Source: Candidatus Moraniibacteriota bacterium
Lineage (GTDB): Bacteria > Patescibacteriota > Minisyncoccia > Moranbacterales > UBA1568
Direction of reading: 5' to 3'
DNA: 64,000 nucleotides
NCBI GenBank assembly: GCA_052035095.1
Contig: JBPOHW010000003.1
Coordinates: forward strand, 1,807-65,806
The position numbers and the translations under genes were made by a program. The notes below the pieces were generated by a model. The model was not told the origin of the DNA, did no database searches, and saw only the letters and a list, made by a program, of their open reading frames with translations. Below, in pieces: positions 29,510-39,393 of the stretch (positions within the stretch are counted from its first letter, which is position 1; the number at the start of each line of letters is the position of its first letter).

Positions 29510-30313
29510 TCACTTTCCTGAAGCATCGCCGGATACTTTCTTCGGAAACCATGGAAAGAAAACGCTTGTTTCTTTTTTGTACATTTCAAATTCCGGATTG
29601 CCCGCTATACCCTTTTCGAGGAGGGGAACACCGGAGACAAAGAGAATAAGGATCGTGATGGTAAGGGGACCTACGATACCGATCCACCCCAGAGGAGTCG
29701 AGAGCCCGATGACAAAAACCCCCCACCACAGAAGCACTTCGCCGAAATAATTGGGATGCCGCGTATATTTCCACAATCCCGTCCGAAGAATTTTTCCGCG
29801 ATTCTCGGGGTTCCGAATAAATCGAACGAGTTGAAGATCTCCGATCGTCTCAAAAGCGAACCCGACGATCCAAAGAGAAATCCCCAAAAAATCAAGCAGT
29901 GTCCACGCGCCGCCCCGCGACACATTGATCGCCACTATCGGGGTCGCGACCAAAAGAAGGAGCATGCCTTGCAACACAAATACCTGAAAAAAAGCGCGAA
30001 GCGGAAACCATGCGCCCCATTCTTCGCGCCACGTGGCGTATCGCCGATCCTCACTCTTCCCGCGATTGCGGAAGAATATATGGAGTGAAAGTCGAAACGC
30101 CCACGCGGCAACGAGCGCCGTCACGAGAAGTCCCCGATCAAACAAGACGCCGCCTCCGACGAATGTCACCAGCGCCACCACAAGAAACCCAAAGCCCCAC
30201 GCGATATCCACCACATCGCTTCGTTTTTCCCAGAGAGAGAAGACAAACCACGTACTCATATACAAAAGTATGAGCACAGCGAGAAAAGAATAGGTTTGAA
30301 AAAAAAGTTCCAT
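29510..30313 (-). CDS. DUF1295 / steroid-5-alpha-reductase / ICMT-like membrane protein
   Basis: WKYTRHPNYFGEVLLWWGVF motif typical of this membrane methyltransferase/reductase-like superfamily. Confidence 0.5.
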   Translation of the reverse strand: MELFFQTYSFLAVLILLYMSTWFVFSLWEKRSDVVDIAWGFGFLVVALVTFVGGGVLFDRGLLVTALVAAWAFRLSLHIFFRNRGKSEDRRYATWREEWGAWFPLRAFFQVFVLQGMLLLLVATPIVAINVSRGGAWTLLDFLGISLWIVGFAFETIGDLQLVRFIRNPENRGKILRTGLWKYTRHPNYFGEVLLWWGVFVIGLSTPLGWIGIVGPLTITILILFVSGVPLLEKGIAGNPEFEMYKKETSVFFPWFPKKVSGDASGK

Positions 30314-30319
30314 AATGCT

Positions 30320-30727
30320 TTATTCGGAAAACACTCTGGCACACAAAACGGCGACCACTGAAACAAAGCCAGTAAGAAGCGCGCCCCAAAGAAGATCAAC
30401 GACCGTTACCAGAAGCGGCCAATCCTTGAGCGTCGCCTGATTGGTGAGATCATACGTACCGTAAGCGACCACCCCCAAAATCGCCCCCGAAACAAAAACT
30501 TTGAAGAGTCCCGCGCCATTTCCAAGCGCGGGAGAGACGACAAAAAACACAACGCCGAAAATATAGAGCGCGTAGAACGCAATCGCCGGACCGAACTTGG
30601 GAGATTCCGCGAGGAGGTGCCCGATATTCGGAGCGTAGAACCGCTTCGCCATCGTACTGAGCCACACGGCATCAATCGCCAGAAAAGAAACGGTCGACGC
30701 GATAATTGAAACAAGAAGAGCTTTCAT
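30320..30727 (-). CDS. Small multi-pass membrane protein (DUF2177-like?)
   Basis: Four predicted TM helices; start chosen at MKALLVSIIA. Confidence 0.3.
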   Translation of the reverse strand: MKALLVSIIASTVSFLAIDAVWLSTMAKRFYAPNIGHLLAESPKFGPAIAFYALYIFGVVFFVVSPALGNGAGLFKVFVSGAILGVVAYGTYDLTNQATLKDWPLLVTVVDLLWGALLTGFVSVVAVLCARVFSE

Positions 30728-30837
30728 AGAAAAAGTGAAAATTTTTAAACTTAGCGTGTTTGGATTATTAAGATACCTTTCTTCCTTTGAATCTATCACA
30801 ATTTTTCCATTCCTCGAAATCGCGAGGGGCGCGATCT

Positions 30838-32082
30838 TCATACTTCAACATTGAAATACTTTCGCCCTCGAAGCCGATCGGGAAAATATTCCTGTCTTGC
30901 GTCTTCGGGATCCTTGAAATCGGGAGTGTACTTGTATTCTTTCCCGTAGTTCAAATCCTTCATAAGTTTGGTCGGCGCGTTCCGAAGATGAATCGGAACC
31001 GGCTCCCGAGGAAAATTCCGCGCGTCTTCTCGTGCCTTTTCATAGGCCTCATACAGGGCATTGCTTTTCTTGGAGAGTGCGAGGTAAACGACTACCTGCG
31101 CCAAATTCACGCCGCACTCCGGCATCCCAATCATCCGGCACGCTTCAAACGCCGCAACCGCCTGCGGGAGCGCGAATGAATTCGCGATGCCGACATCTTC
31201 GGACGCGAAACGAATCAACCGCCGCGCGACATACAGAGGATCCTCGCCCGCCTCGAGCATCCGCGAAAGCCAATAGAGTCCGGCGTTCGCGTCACCGCCG
31301 CGGAGTGATTTGTGAAGCGCGGAAATGATATTGTAGTGTTCCTCGCCGTTTTTGTCATAGGCGAAACGCGGTTGCAAGAGAAGCGTTCGAATTCGTTTGG
31401 CAGTAATGGCTCCCGACGAACTCGCCGCCGCTTCAAGCATATTGAGCGCCGCGCGCGCGTCTCCGCCGGACGCTTCCGCTATACTTCGAATCGCCTCATC
31501 CTCAATTGAAACCTGTCTTTTCCCGAGTCCTCGTTCATCATCGAGAAGCGCGCGACGAAGAATGTCCGTGATGTGTTCGAGTGAAAGCGCCGAAAGTACC
31601 ACCACCTGAAGTCGCGAAAGAAGCGCCGCATTCACCTCAAAACTCGGATTCTCGGTCGTCGCGCCGATCAAGATAACCGTACCCCGCTCCACATACGGCA
31701 AAAGCGCGTCCTGCTGACTCTTGTTCCATCGGTGCACTTCGTCCACAAAAAGAATGGTCTTCTTTCCTTCTCTCTTTCGCTCTTCGGCGGACGCGAATAT
31801 CGCGCGGAGTTCTTTGACCCCGCTCCCCACCGCCGAAAGCTGGACAAACTCCGCCTCGAATTCTTTGGCAAGAAGAAGCGCGAGCGTTGTCTTACCAACC
31901 CCGGGCGGTCCCCAGAGGATAAGCGAAGGAAGCGATCGACTCTTCCTCGCCATCCCCAAAAAAGAATGCTCATCGAGAATCTTCTCCTGCCCGACAAACT
32001 CCGAAAGCCCCCGCGGCCGCAGACGATCCGCGAGCGGCGCCCCAAAAGTTGTTTCCCTTTTTTTGTCCGTTCTTTCTCGCAT
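30838..32082 (-). CDS. rarA: Replication-associated recombination protein A (AAA+ ATPase)
   Basis: [15 protein letters not shown] Walker [17 protein letters not shown] Walker B/sensor, MgsA C-terminal domain. Confidence 0.85.
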   Translation of the reverse strand: MRERTDKKRETTFGAPLADRLRPRGLSEFVGQEKILDEHSFLGMARKSRSLPSLILWGPPGVGKTTLALLLAKEFEAEFVQLSAVGSGVKELRAIFASAEERKREGKKTILFVDEVHRWNKSQQDALLPYVERGTVILIGATTENPSFEVNAALLSRLQVVVLSALSLEHITDILRRALLDDERGLGKRQVSIEDEAIRSIAEASGGDARAALNMLEAAASSSGAITAKRIRTLLLQPRFAYDKNGEEHYNIISALHKSLRGGDANAGLYWLSRMLEAGEDPLYVARRLIRFASEDVGIANSFALPQAVAAFEACRMIGMPECGVNLAQVVVYLALSKKSNALYEAYEKAREDARNFPREPVPIHLRNAPTKLMKDLNYGKEYKYTPDFKDPEDARQEYFPDRLRGRKYFNVEV

Positions 32083-32276
32083 ACCGTTTTTTAAGAATTT
32101 AATATCTGAAAAACCTTGGTATTTGACAAAGAGAAAGAAATCAACGGAGGGGCGGGCAAGCTCACGAAAACCACTCACGAAAGCTTCTTTGGGAGGTTAT
32201 TTCCATCCAAAACCAAAAGACTCGCCTACCAAGCCCCGGAGCATTTCTTGAACGTGTCAAATACCAAAGTTTTTCT

Positions 32277-33059
32277 CTACACGACAAGCCGTATTCCAAC
32301 CGGGCAATGATCCGAGCCGGGAATATCAGACAGAATATGAGCATCCACGACCCGTTTCCGCAATTCTTTGCTCGCAAAAAAATAGTCAAGACGCCAGCCA
32401 ACATTGCGCTCCCGGGCGCGCGTCTTCATATCCCACCACGTATAGTGGTCGTTCCCGTCGTGAAACATCCGGAACGTATCGAGAAAATCTTTTTCCAAAA
32501 GTTGATCGATCCACTCGCGCTCGATCGGGAGAAAACCGGACGTCCCTTCATTTTCCTTGGGACGCGCGAGGTCGAGCTCGGTATGCGCCGTATTCACATC
32601 GCCGCAAAAAACCACATGCTTTCCCCGTTCGCGAAGCGTGAGAATATACTTCAAAAATTCCCGGTAAAATTCGAGCTTATACCGGAGCCGTTCCTCGCTC
32701 GAACCACCATTGGGAAAATAAATATTGAGCAGCGTGAACGTCGGATACTCAAGCTCGATCATCCTTCCCTCTTTGGAGAGAATGTTTTTCCCAAACTCCG
32801 TCTTCACTTCGATAGGCGATTCTTTGGCATAGACCGCGACCCCGCTATAGCCCTTTTTCTCCGTTGCCGAATGCCAGTACGATTCGTACCCGTCGGGGCT
32901 CTTGAGTTTCTCGGACAGCTGATCCGGATGCGACACCTTGGTCTCTTGCACCGCGACAATATCGTATTCCCCCTTCTCCATCCACCCGACAAACCCCTTC
33001 CGCTCCGCCGCGCGGATTCCATTCACGTTCCATGAAATGAGAGAAATAGCTTGTTTCAT
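32277..33059 (-). CDS. xth: Exodeoxyribonuclease III / AP endonuclease
   Basis: ISWNVNGIRAA...IVAVQETKV...SDHCPV motifs. Confidence 0.85.
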   Translation of the reverse strand: MKQAISLISWNVNGIRAAERKGFVGWMEKGEYDIVAVQETKVSHPDQLSEKLKSPDGYESYWHSATEKKGYSGVAVYAKESPIEVKTEFGKNILSKEGRMIELEYPTFTLLNIYFPNGGSSEERLRYKLEFYREFLKYILTLRERGKHVVFCGDVNTAHTELDLARPKENEGTSGFLPIEREWIDQLLEKDFLDTFRMFHDGNDHYTWWDMKTRARERNVGWRLDYFFASKELRKRVVDAHILSDIPGSDHCPVGIRLVV

Positions 33060-33196
33060 AGGGCTGGAAATTTGTAGTGAGGAGCGAGTAGTTGGCTTCG
33101 CCCCCATCCTACCACGCCAAAAAGAAAAGAAAAACGCCCCGATTCAAATATTTTATATATAAACCTGGGCGTTAATAGTTGGAAAGAAGTTGAGAC

Positions 33197-33523
33197 CTAT
33201 TGATTTCTACTGACTCTAAAGTGGTAGGTTTCCATCTCGCAGCGATCAATTCCTCTCTTCATCCACCGGAGCAAGGAGATAAAGCCTATTACTCCAAGCA
33301 GAAACAAGAAAAATTTCGGATTTTCGAAGAAGAAACTCACCAAAAATCCAAGGGAGAAGACGAAAAAGAGCAAAGCTACGAGGGCGCCAATCGCGCAAGC
33401 GGCATCGGAAAAATAGCTCCGCTCTTCCGCTTGCGAGACCTCATCATCTACCTTGGAGCAATAATCATCAAGCCTCGTCACTCCTCTTAACTTCTTAAAC
33501 TCTGTCAGGTCAATCTTACGCAT
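33197..33523 (-). CDS. Small membrane protein, hypothetical
   Basis: 108 aa with one strongly hydrophobic helix; no motif. Confidence 0.3.
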   Translation of the reverse strand: MRKIDLTEFKKLRGVTRLDDYCSKVDDEVSQAEERSYFSDAACAIGALVALLFFVFSLGFLVSFFFENPKFFLFLLGVIGFISLLRWMKRGIDRCEMETYHFRVSRNQ

Positions 33524-33624
33524 AAATTCCTCCTAACTTTTTCATTGAAAATCGAGGGAAATACTCCCTCGAGAACTAGCTCTCTTTTACCATAAAAAAT
33601 AAAATCAGTCAATATGGAAACCAT

Positions 33625-34764
33625 TCAGCGTTTATTAACAAGCGCATCCAGCTCTTTCCAGCGGCGTTTCTTTTCTTCATAGGGGACGTCGTCCGGAAAT
33701 TTTGACGCGGCGGTTCCCGGACGAGGGGAGTACCAGGCGATATAGGCTTTGTCGAATTTCGCCCGTCGCGCGAGATCGAGGGTTGTCTCGAAGTCTTCCA
33801 AGGTTTCCCCGGGAAAGCCTACGATGATATCCGTCGTAAAACGCACTGGCGGAATCGCCGCTCGTATTCTTCCGAGGAGCGCGAGATACTCTTCTCGCGA
33901 ATACCAGCGATTCATACGTTTCAAAATATCGTCGCTTCCGGCTTGCACCGGGAGGTGAATCGTTCGATCAACATTTTCATTCCGGCGAATCACCTCGATA
34001 AGCTCATCCGAAAAATCCCACGGATTCGACGAGATGAACGATACTTTGGAAACGCCCGGCATCGTCGCGACCGCTTCGAGGAGGTGCGGGAATAGGGTCG
34101 GGATACGGTGACGATTCAAGTGCTTCACCAGAACCGGCTTCACTTCTTTTCCGTCCGGCAAGAGGAATACCTCGCGTTTCTCTCCAAGCGCGTTCATCAA
34201 AAAATCCGCGCCATACGAATTTACATTTTGCCCCAAGAGAAAAATTTCATCCCGTCCCGAGGCAATCGCGTCTCGCGCCTCGTCAAGAATATCCTGAAAT
34301 GCTCGCGACCGTTCTTTCCCGCGCGAAAACGGCACGATGCAGTATGTGCAAAAATTATTGCACCCGTTTGAAATCGGAATGGAAGCGAGCTTCCCCGCGG
34401 CGCGCTTCGGCGCGTATTCAAATCCCACTTCCTCGAGCGGAAGAAACTGCGCCTCCGGCAATCGCTCGCGAAGCGATCGCAACATCTTCCCCGACGGCTC
34501 GCGGCTTGCCGCGCCTATGAGGCATCCGGTAATCACAAACGAAAGGTTGGGTTTTTTCTCCTTGAGATACGAAAGATTCCTGATCAACCCAAATACTTTC
34601 TCCGCCGCTCGCTCCCGAACGACACAGGTGTTGATCACAATCGTGTCCGCTTCTTCCTCGGACTGTGCCGCGACAAATCCGCGCGATTCATAGAACGAGG
34701 CGATCCGCTCGCTGTCCGCCACATTCTGCTGACACCCGAATGTTTTGAGAAAGTATTTCGGCAT
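33625..34764 (-). CDS. miaB: MiaB/RimO-family radical SAM methylthiotransferase
   Basis: MPKYFLKTFGCQQNVADSE MTTase N-domain, CxxxCxxC radical SAM cluster (NGCNNFCTYCIVP), C-terminal TRAM domain. Confidence 0.75.
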   Translation of the reverse strand: MPKYFLKTFGCQQNVADSERIASFYESRGFVAAQSEEEADTIVINTCVVRERAAEKVFGLIRNLSYLKEKKPNLSFVITGCLIGAASREPSGKMLRSLRERLPEAQFLPLEEVGFEYAPKRAAGKLASIPISNGCNNFCTYCIVPFSRGKERSRAFQDILDEARDAIASGRDEIFLLGQNVNSYGADFLMNALGEKREVFLLPDGKEVKPVLVKHLNRHRIPTLFPHLLEAVATMPGVSKVSFISSNPWDFSDELIEVIRRNENVDRTIHLPVQAGSDDILKRMNRWYSREEYLALLGRIRAAIPPVRFTTDIIVGFPGETLEDFETTLDLARRAKFDKAYIAWYSPRPGTAASKFPDDVPYEEKKRRWKELDALVNKR

Positions 34765-34765
34765 A

Positions 34766-35848
34766 TTACTTTTTACTTTGCATTTGTAAGAGCTGTCCGC
34801 ACGCGGCGGCAATGTCGTCTCCCATCGCCTTTCGAATGGTCGCGGTAATGCCGACTCGCTTGAGTTGGTCCAAAAACTTCTTCGCACTCTCCTCTCTACT
34901 TCCCTCGTGACCGCTCGATGTCTTGTTGTAGGGAATAAGATTCACTTTTACCTTTCCAACTCGCCGAGAAAACTCAATAAGTTTCTTGGCATCTTCCGAA
35001 CTATCATTCACGCCGGAGAGCAAAATATATTCAAATGTCAGGTGTCGTCGCCGCTCATCATTCAGAGAAAAATATTCCTTTGTCCACTCCGCGAGATCAT
35101 CGAGAAACGTATCAAATGACGACGGCATAAGACGCTTTCGTATGTCTGAGTCGGCGCTGTGGAGCGACACGGCGAGTCGAATGGATGGCCAGAGCGGATC
35201 GCGAAGCAATTTCCGAAGCGCCGGCAAAAGCCCGACCGTCGAAACGGTGATTCGCGTTGAACCGAGAGATGTATACGCAAGCATCGTCCGAATCGCTTCG
35301 CGCACCGATTCATAATTCGAGAGTGGCTCCCCCATACCCATAAAAACCACATTGGAAATGAGCGACGATGGCTCACTTTCACTTTTCGTTTTTGAGTGAC
35401 GCGTTTTCTCCGCCAAGTGATAGTGCCAAAATCGAAACTGGTCGATAATTTCATCCATCGTGAGGTTTCGCGTAAACCCCATGCTCCCCGTCGCGCAAAA
35501 AGTACACCCCATCGCGCACCCCACCTGCGACGACACACAGACGCTCCAGTGCCCCCGCGCGTTTCGCATCAAGACCGTCTCGATCCTCGCTCCGTCAGCA
35601 CACTCCAAGACCGCCTTCTTCGTATCGCCCTTCCGACTTTCCAAAACAATTCCCTCCCGAAGCGACATCCACGAAACATTGCTCTGAAGCTTCTCTCGCA
35701 TATCCTTGGGAAGTGTTGTCACACCCTCCCATCCCGTACGATCGGAGTCAAACAGAGTGAGCATCACCTGTCGCCACCGAAAAGCGGGCGCTTCGGGAAA
35801 AAGCGCCTGAAAGAGCTGTTGTCGAGTCTGCATCTTCAGCTGTTCCAT
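34766..35848 (-). CDS. rlmN: 23S rRNA (adenine2503-C2)-methyltransferase, radical SAM
   Basis: VCVSSQVGCAMGCTFCATG cluster motif and RlmN/Cfr N-terminal domain. Confidence 0.85.
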   Translation of the reverse strand: MEQLKMQTRQQLFQALFPEAPAFRWRQVMLTLFDSDRTGWEGVTTLPKDMREKLQSNVSWMSLREGIVLESRKGDTKKAVLECADGARIETVLMRNARGHWSVCVSSQVGCAMGCTFCATGSMGFTRNLTMDEIIDQFRFWHYHLAEKTRHSKTKSESEPSSLISNVVFMGMGEPLSNYESVREAIRTMLAYTSLGSTRITVSTVGLLPALRKLLRDPLWPSIRLAVSLHSADSDIRKRLMPSSFDTFLDDLAEWTKEYFSLNDERRRHLTFEYILLSGVNDSSEDAKKLIEFSRRVGKVKVNLIPYNKTSSGHEGSREESAKKFLDQLKRVGITATIRKAMGDDIAAACGQLLQMQSKK

Positions 35849-36097
35849 AGCTCCCCCAGCCTACCCTATTTCCCGCTTTCGTCAAAGAAGACACCTCAAA
35901 AACAACTCAAAAAATCTCTCAATTTCATTTGACAGATCGCGAATTTCGGAGTATACTCAAGCCCGTAAGGGAGGAAAGGTTCCCGATTGGTTTTTTGGCG
36001 CTCGTTCGTCAAAGCCACTCAAAAAAACTTCGATTCTTCCCAAGTTCATTTCAAATTCAAACCATCTCCAAACAACAAGCAAGAAGGAGATTTGTTA

Positions 36098-36888
36098 TGC
36101 GCGCCATGACGAAAGAGACTTATGAAGGATCGTGCTTAAAAGGCAAGAATATGCCATCCTTCAAGAGAGAAGCGGAAATATGGAGTCAATTTTTTCAGGA
36201 GAAATATCCTGATATCCACAAAAGGGTTTGTTGGGAAGTGAATCAGCAATCACTGGAAGATCTCCTCGCTTTAGATTTGGGAGAAGAGAAGGGGTTCTGG
36301 AGACTTACTGTTGTCCCCAACCTACTCCAAGCATTCGGAGAAACTCAGGATCCGGTGTTTTTGGACCTTAGGTTTGCCGATATTTTCCTCTCTTACTTCT
36401 GCAAAATTTCCGGAATAAACTTTTCGAATTTTTGCCTGATGAAAAAGGAGATCCTTTTTAAGAGAGGGGATGGCTGGGACAATTTTTACCAAGTATGCCG
36501 AGAACAAGGAACTGGTCTTGTGGCGATCCTCGTCCAATATGGATATGTACGCCCCTGCAATGGTAATGACTTATGTTCCCTTCTTTCGTTTCCATCAGAG
36601 TTTCATGTCCCCTTCGGCTTGGAAGCTCTGATTGTATCCTCCAGCGGACCGCAAGTTGTTTGGGGCGGTATTCATGAAAGGAGAGTGATTGCAAGTGCCG
36701 GATCTAGAGCAAGCACCGGATTTGGAATTGATGGAAGATACCCTTATCCATGCCTAGATTATTGCGTACTCGCTAATGATCTAGCAGCGCTCTCTGTCTC
36801 CGAAGCGCTCGCACTGGAAACTGATGATAAAAGGCGACATGAAAAAGAGCAACGCATTGGCTTCATGACCGCCATAGCTTCGGCATAA
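36098..36888 (+). CDS. Hypothetical protein (orphan, Cys-rich)
   Basis: 263 aa from the ATG preceded by AAGGAGA; the longer ORF from 35929 lacks an RBS; no recognisable domain. Confidence 0.4.
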
Positions 36889-36931
36889 TACAAGGAAACG
36901 ACATGGAGAAGAACACTCCCGAATACATACA

Positions 36932-36964
36932 GAGGCTACTTGTTTATCAACAACAAGTAGCCTC
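36932..36964. terminator. Perfect 13-bp-stem hairpin between convergent genes; the stem embeds the TACTTGT-N9-ACAAGTA operator-like palindrome
   Basis: GAGGCTACTTGTT-TATCAAC-AACAAGTAGCCTC followed by TTAAAAATTT; lies 3' of both the + strand orphan gene and the - strand lexA-linked small ORF. Confidence 0.5.
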
Positions 36965-36989
36965 TTAAAAATTTCGAAAAAGAAAATTC

Positions 36990-37208
36990 CTACCTTTCCA
37001 TTTCCTTTATAGCGTCCCCTGCGCGTTTTTCGATATGATATGCCGGTGCATTTTGCGCCATATCAATAATATCTTTTGCCGCTTTCACGGTAAGAAGCGC
37101 CACAAGCGTACTCAGGAGGAGTACCAAAAGAAGCGAGAGGGTGCTCGAAATTTTCTGGTTGAATTCGAGAGAAATAACAATGCGAGCCATGCAAACAGTA
37201 TACCACAC
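36990..37208 (-). CDS. Small (72 aa) single-pass membrane protein, transcribed immediately downstream of lexA
   Basis: GTG start 17 nt after the lexA stop; hydrophobic core LSLLLVLLLSTLVALLTV. Confidence 0.4.
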   Translation of the reverse strand: MWYTVCMARIVISLEFNQKISSTLSLLLVLLLSTLVALLTVKAAKDIIDMAQNAPAYHIEKRAGDAIKEMER

Positions 37209-37225
37209 GTTTCTCTCGTCCGGAT

Positions 37226-37876
37226 TTAATTGAGCTTCAATACATCAATCACTTTCCCATTCAAAACAAAGTTATCCTCCTCGGTCAAGAAAATCGCCTT
37301 GTGTTTAGGGTCGGTTGACTCCGGGAGGAGCACGATATTCTTGCCGTCAACCGTGCGAAACGTCTTGACCGTGGCGAGCCCGTCGATCACCACCAGCACC
37401 TTGTCGCCTGTTTTGTATTCTTTGACATCGCCGTTTACCAAAACAAAGTCGCCATCGTCGATAGTCTTCCCCTCGACGAGCGCCTGATTCATGCTCGTCC
37501 CGGCAATCTGCACGGCGAACACATTTTTACTGCTCTTTACGATTTTCCGCGACACCTTGAGATACCCTTCAACATACTCATCGGCAAAGGAAAGCGCCAT
37601 CCCGGCATTGGCTGTGCCGAGAACCGGAATGTTGACAAACATATTGCTCGTCAATTCTTTGAGCTTGATCCCGCGATCCTCGCGCGTCCGTTCGATAAAC
37701 CCCTTGTCCTCAAGCTCGTTCAAGTACACGAAAAAACTCCGCAGACTCTTGAGACGAAGACCGAGCCGTCCCGACTCCTCCTGAAGCTCGCGCACCGTCG
37801 GCATCTTCCCCTTCTCCGAAAAAAACTCCTTGATCGCCTGGAGGACGATCTTCTGCTTCGGTGTCAAAATATTCAT
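37226..37876 (-). CDS. lexA: LexA repressor (S24 peptidase)
   Basis: N-terminal winged-HTH (KGKMPTVRELQEE), C-terminal Ser-Lys dyad region VQIAGTSM...VLVNGDVKEYKTGDKVLV. Confidence 0.85.
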   Translation of the reverse strand: MNILTPKQKIVLQAIKEFFSEKGKMPTVRELQEESGRLGLRLKSLRSFFVYLNELEDKGFIERTREDRGIKLKELTSNMFVNIPVLGTANAGMALSFADEYVEGYLKVSRKIVKSSKNVFAVQIAGTSMNQALVEGKTIDDGDFVLVNGDVKEYKTGDKVLVVIDGLATVKTFRTVDGKNIVLLPESTDPKHKAIFLTEEDNFVLNGKVIDVLKLN

Positions 37877-37888
37877 ACGCTTTTCGTT

Positions 37889-37935
37889 TACTTGTTATAC
37901 ATACACAAGTATACGAAAAAGAAAATCGCTGTCAA
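37889..37935 (-). promoter_or_regulatory. lexA promoter (TTGACA-16 nt-TATACT on the coding strand) with overlapping palindromic candidate LexA operator TACTTGT-N9-ACAAGTA
   Basis: -35 at 37930-37935 and -10 at 37908-37913 on the minus strand; the palindrome at 37889-37911 overlaps the -10 and lies 13-35 nt upstream of the ATG. Confidence 0.5.
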
Positions 37936-38174
37936 GTATAGCTTTTATAAAACAAAAAAGAGCCGATACCGGTCAAGCGCGAGACACGGAAACCGCCTCT
38001 TTGAGGGAAACATGAAATGTATACAAAATTATTCCGAAGACTTCTACCATGGGCGCCGAGACTGCAAAAAATAATTTTTTTCAAGTTTGCTCCGATTGTG
38101 AGGAGCTTTTGAAAAAAATTGTTTTTTGCAGTCGAGGCAACTCGCAAGGGAGCAGAAATTAAGATGCGTTGGTA

Positions 38175-39356
38175 TTAGAACAAATTCCGGATTTTCTGAA
38201 CGATATCGAACTTGGCAAAGTCATGCACGGTGACGGCGATCATAAGGAGGATGAGAAGAAGAAATCCCGCCTGATGGAAGTATCCTTCCACTCGTTCACT
38301 CACCGGTGATCCTTTCATTTTTTCAATAAGAATGAAGAAGATACGTCCGCCATCAAGCGCGGGAAATGGGAGAATATTCAAGACGGCAAGATTGATACTC
38401 AAAATCGCCGTGAAATAGAGAAGATATACAAACCCGAGATTCGACACTTCCTTGGTAAGGTAGGCGATGCCCAGGGGTCCCGAGACATCCGAAAGTCCGG
38501 CGCTATCCGCCGTAAAAAGACTCGCGAGCAGTTTCCCAATGCCTACTACCATCATCACGGTATTATTCCACGTACTCACCGCCCCCTGCAAAACCGCCTC
38601 AAAGAATCCGTACCGCGCGAGCGTTATTTCACCGAGCGCGATGCCGAGCGCGCCCTCGGTTTTCGGATATTCGACACGCGGCATTCCCTTTAGGGTCAAT
38701 GTTTCCTCGCCGCGGCGAATCTGAAAGGCGATTTCTTGACCCTTTTTGGTCTGAATGATCTCCTGCACCCGCTCAACACGAAGAAACTTTTCGCCGCTCA
38801 CCGAAAGAATGACATCGCCCATTTTGAGTCCCATATCCGCGGCGGGCGTCCCGGGAAGTACCTGCGCGATCTGCACTTCGACTTTGGACGGATCGATTTT
38901 CTCATTTTCCTCAATCGCGCGCGGGAACCCCAGCATCAGCACGATCGAAATCAAAAACCACGCGAAAAGAAAATTCATCACGACGCCGGCCGAAAGCGTC
39001 TTGATGCGGGGAATCGCGCCCTTCGACGCGAAGCTGTCCGGATCGTGCGCTCCGTCGCCATTCTCGCCCTTGATACGCACAAAGCCACCAAACGGAATCC
39101 AGTTGACGGAATAGACGGTGTGCGGCGATGAAACCTCTTTGTTGCCTGCGACAAAAACGTGTCGTTTTTTCTCTTCACTCCACACAAACCCGCCAAGTCG
39201 CGGCGGAAAGCCGAATCCAAATTCCTCAACTTTCATCCCGCTCCGACGCGCCATCAGAAAATGCCCCAGCTCGTGTACAAAGATAAGCGCCCCCAAAACC
39301 AGAATGAAAATGATGACGATAGACATAGAAAAGAAAATGAAAAATGCAAAATTCAA
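38175..39356 (-). CDS. rseP: Site-2 protease RseP (M50 zinc metalloprotease with PDZ domain)
   Basis: HELGHF zinc motif, central PDZ domain, C-terminal LDGG motif. Confidence 0.8.
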   Translation of the reverse strand: MNFAFFIFFSMSIVIIFILVLGALIFVHELGHFLMARRSGMKVEEFGFGFPPRLGGFVWSEEKKRHVFVAGNKEVSSPHTVYSVNWIPFGGFVRIKGENGDGAHDPDSFASKGAIPRIKTLSAGVVMNFLFAWFLISIVLMLGFPRAIEENEKIDPSKVEVQIAQVLPGTPAADMGLKMGDVILSVSGEKFLRVERVQEIIQTKKGQEIAFQIRRGEETLTLKGMPRVEYPKTEGALGIALGEITLARYGFFEAVLQGAVSTWNNTVMMVVGIGKLLASLFTADSAGLSDVSGPLGIAYLTKEVSNLGFVYLLYFTAILSINLAVLNILPFPALDGGRIFFILIEKMKGSPVSERVEGYFHQAGFLLLILLMIAVTVHDFAKFDIVQKIRNLF

Positions 39357-39393
39357 AATGAAAGCAGAAAGCTGATTACCGAGAGCCGGAACA

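Noticed and set aside
37932-38147. 71-aa - strand ORF between lexA and rseP
   Set aside because: No RBS or motif. Sits in the AT-rich lexA upstream region. Probably non-coding.
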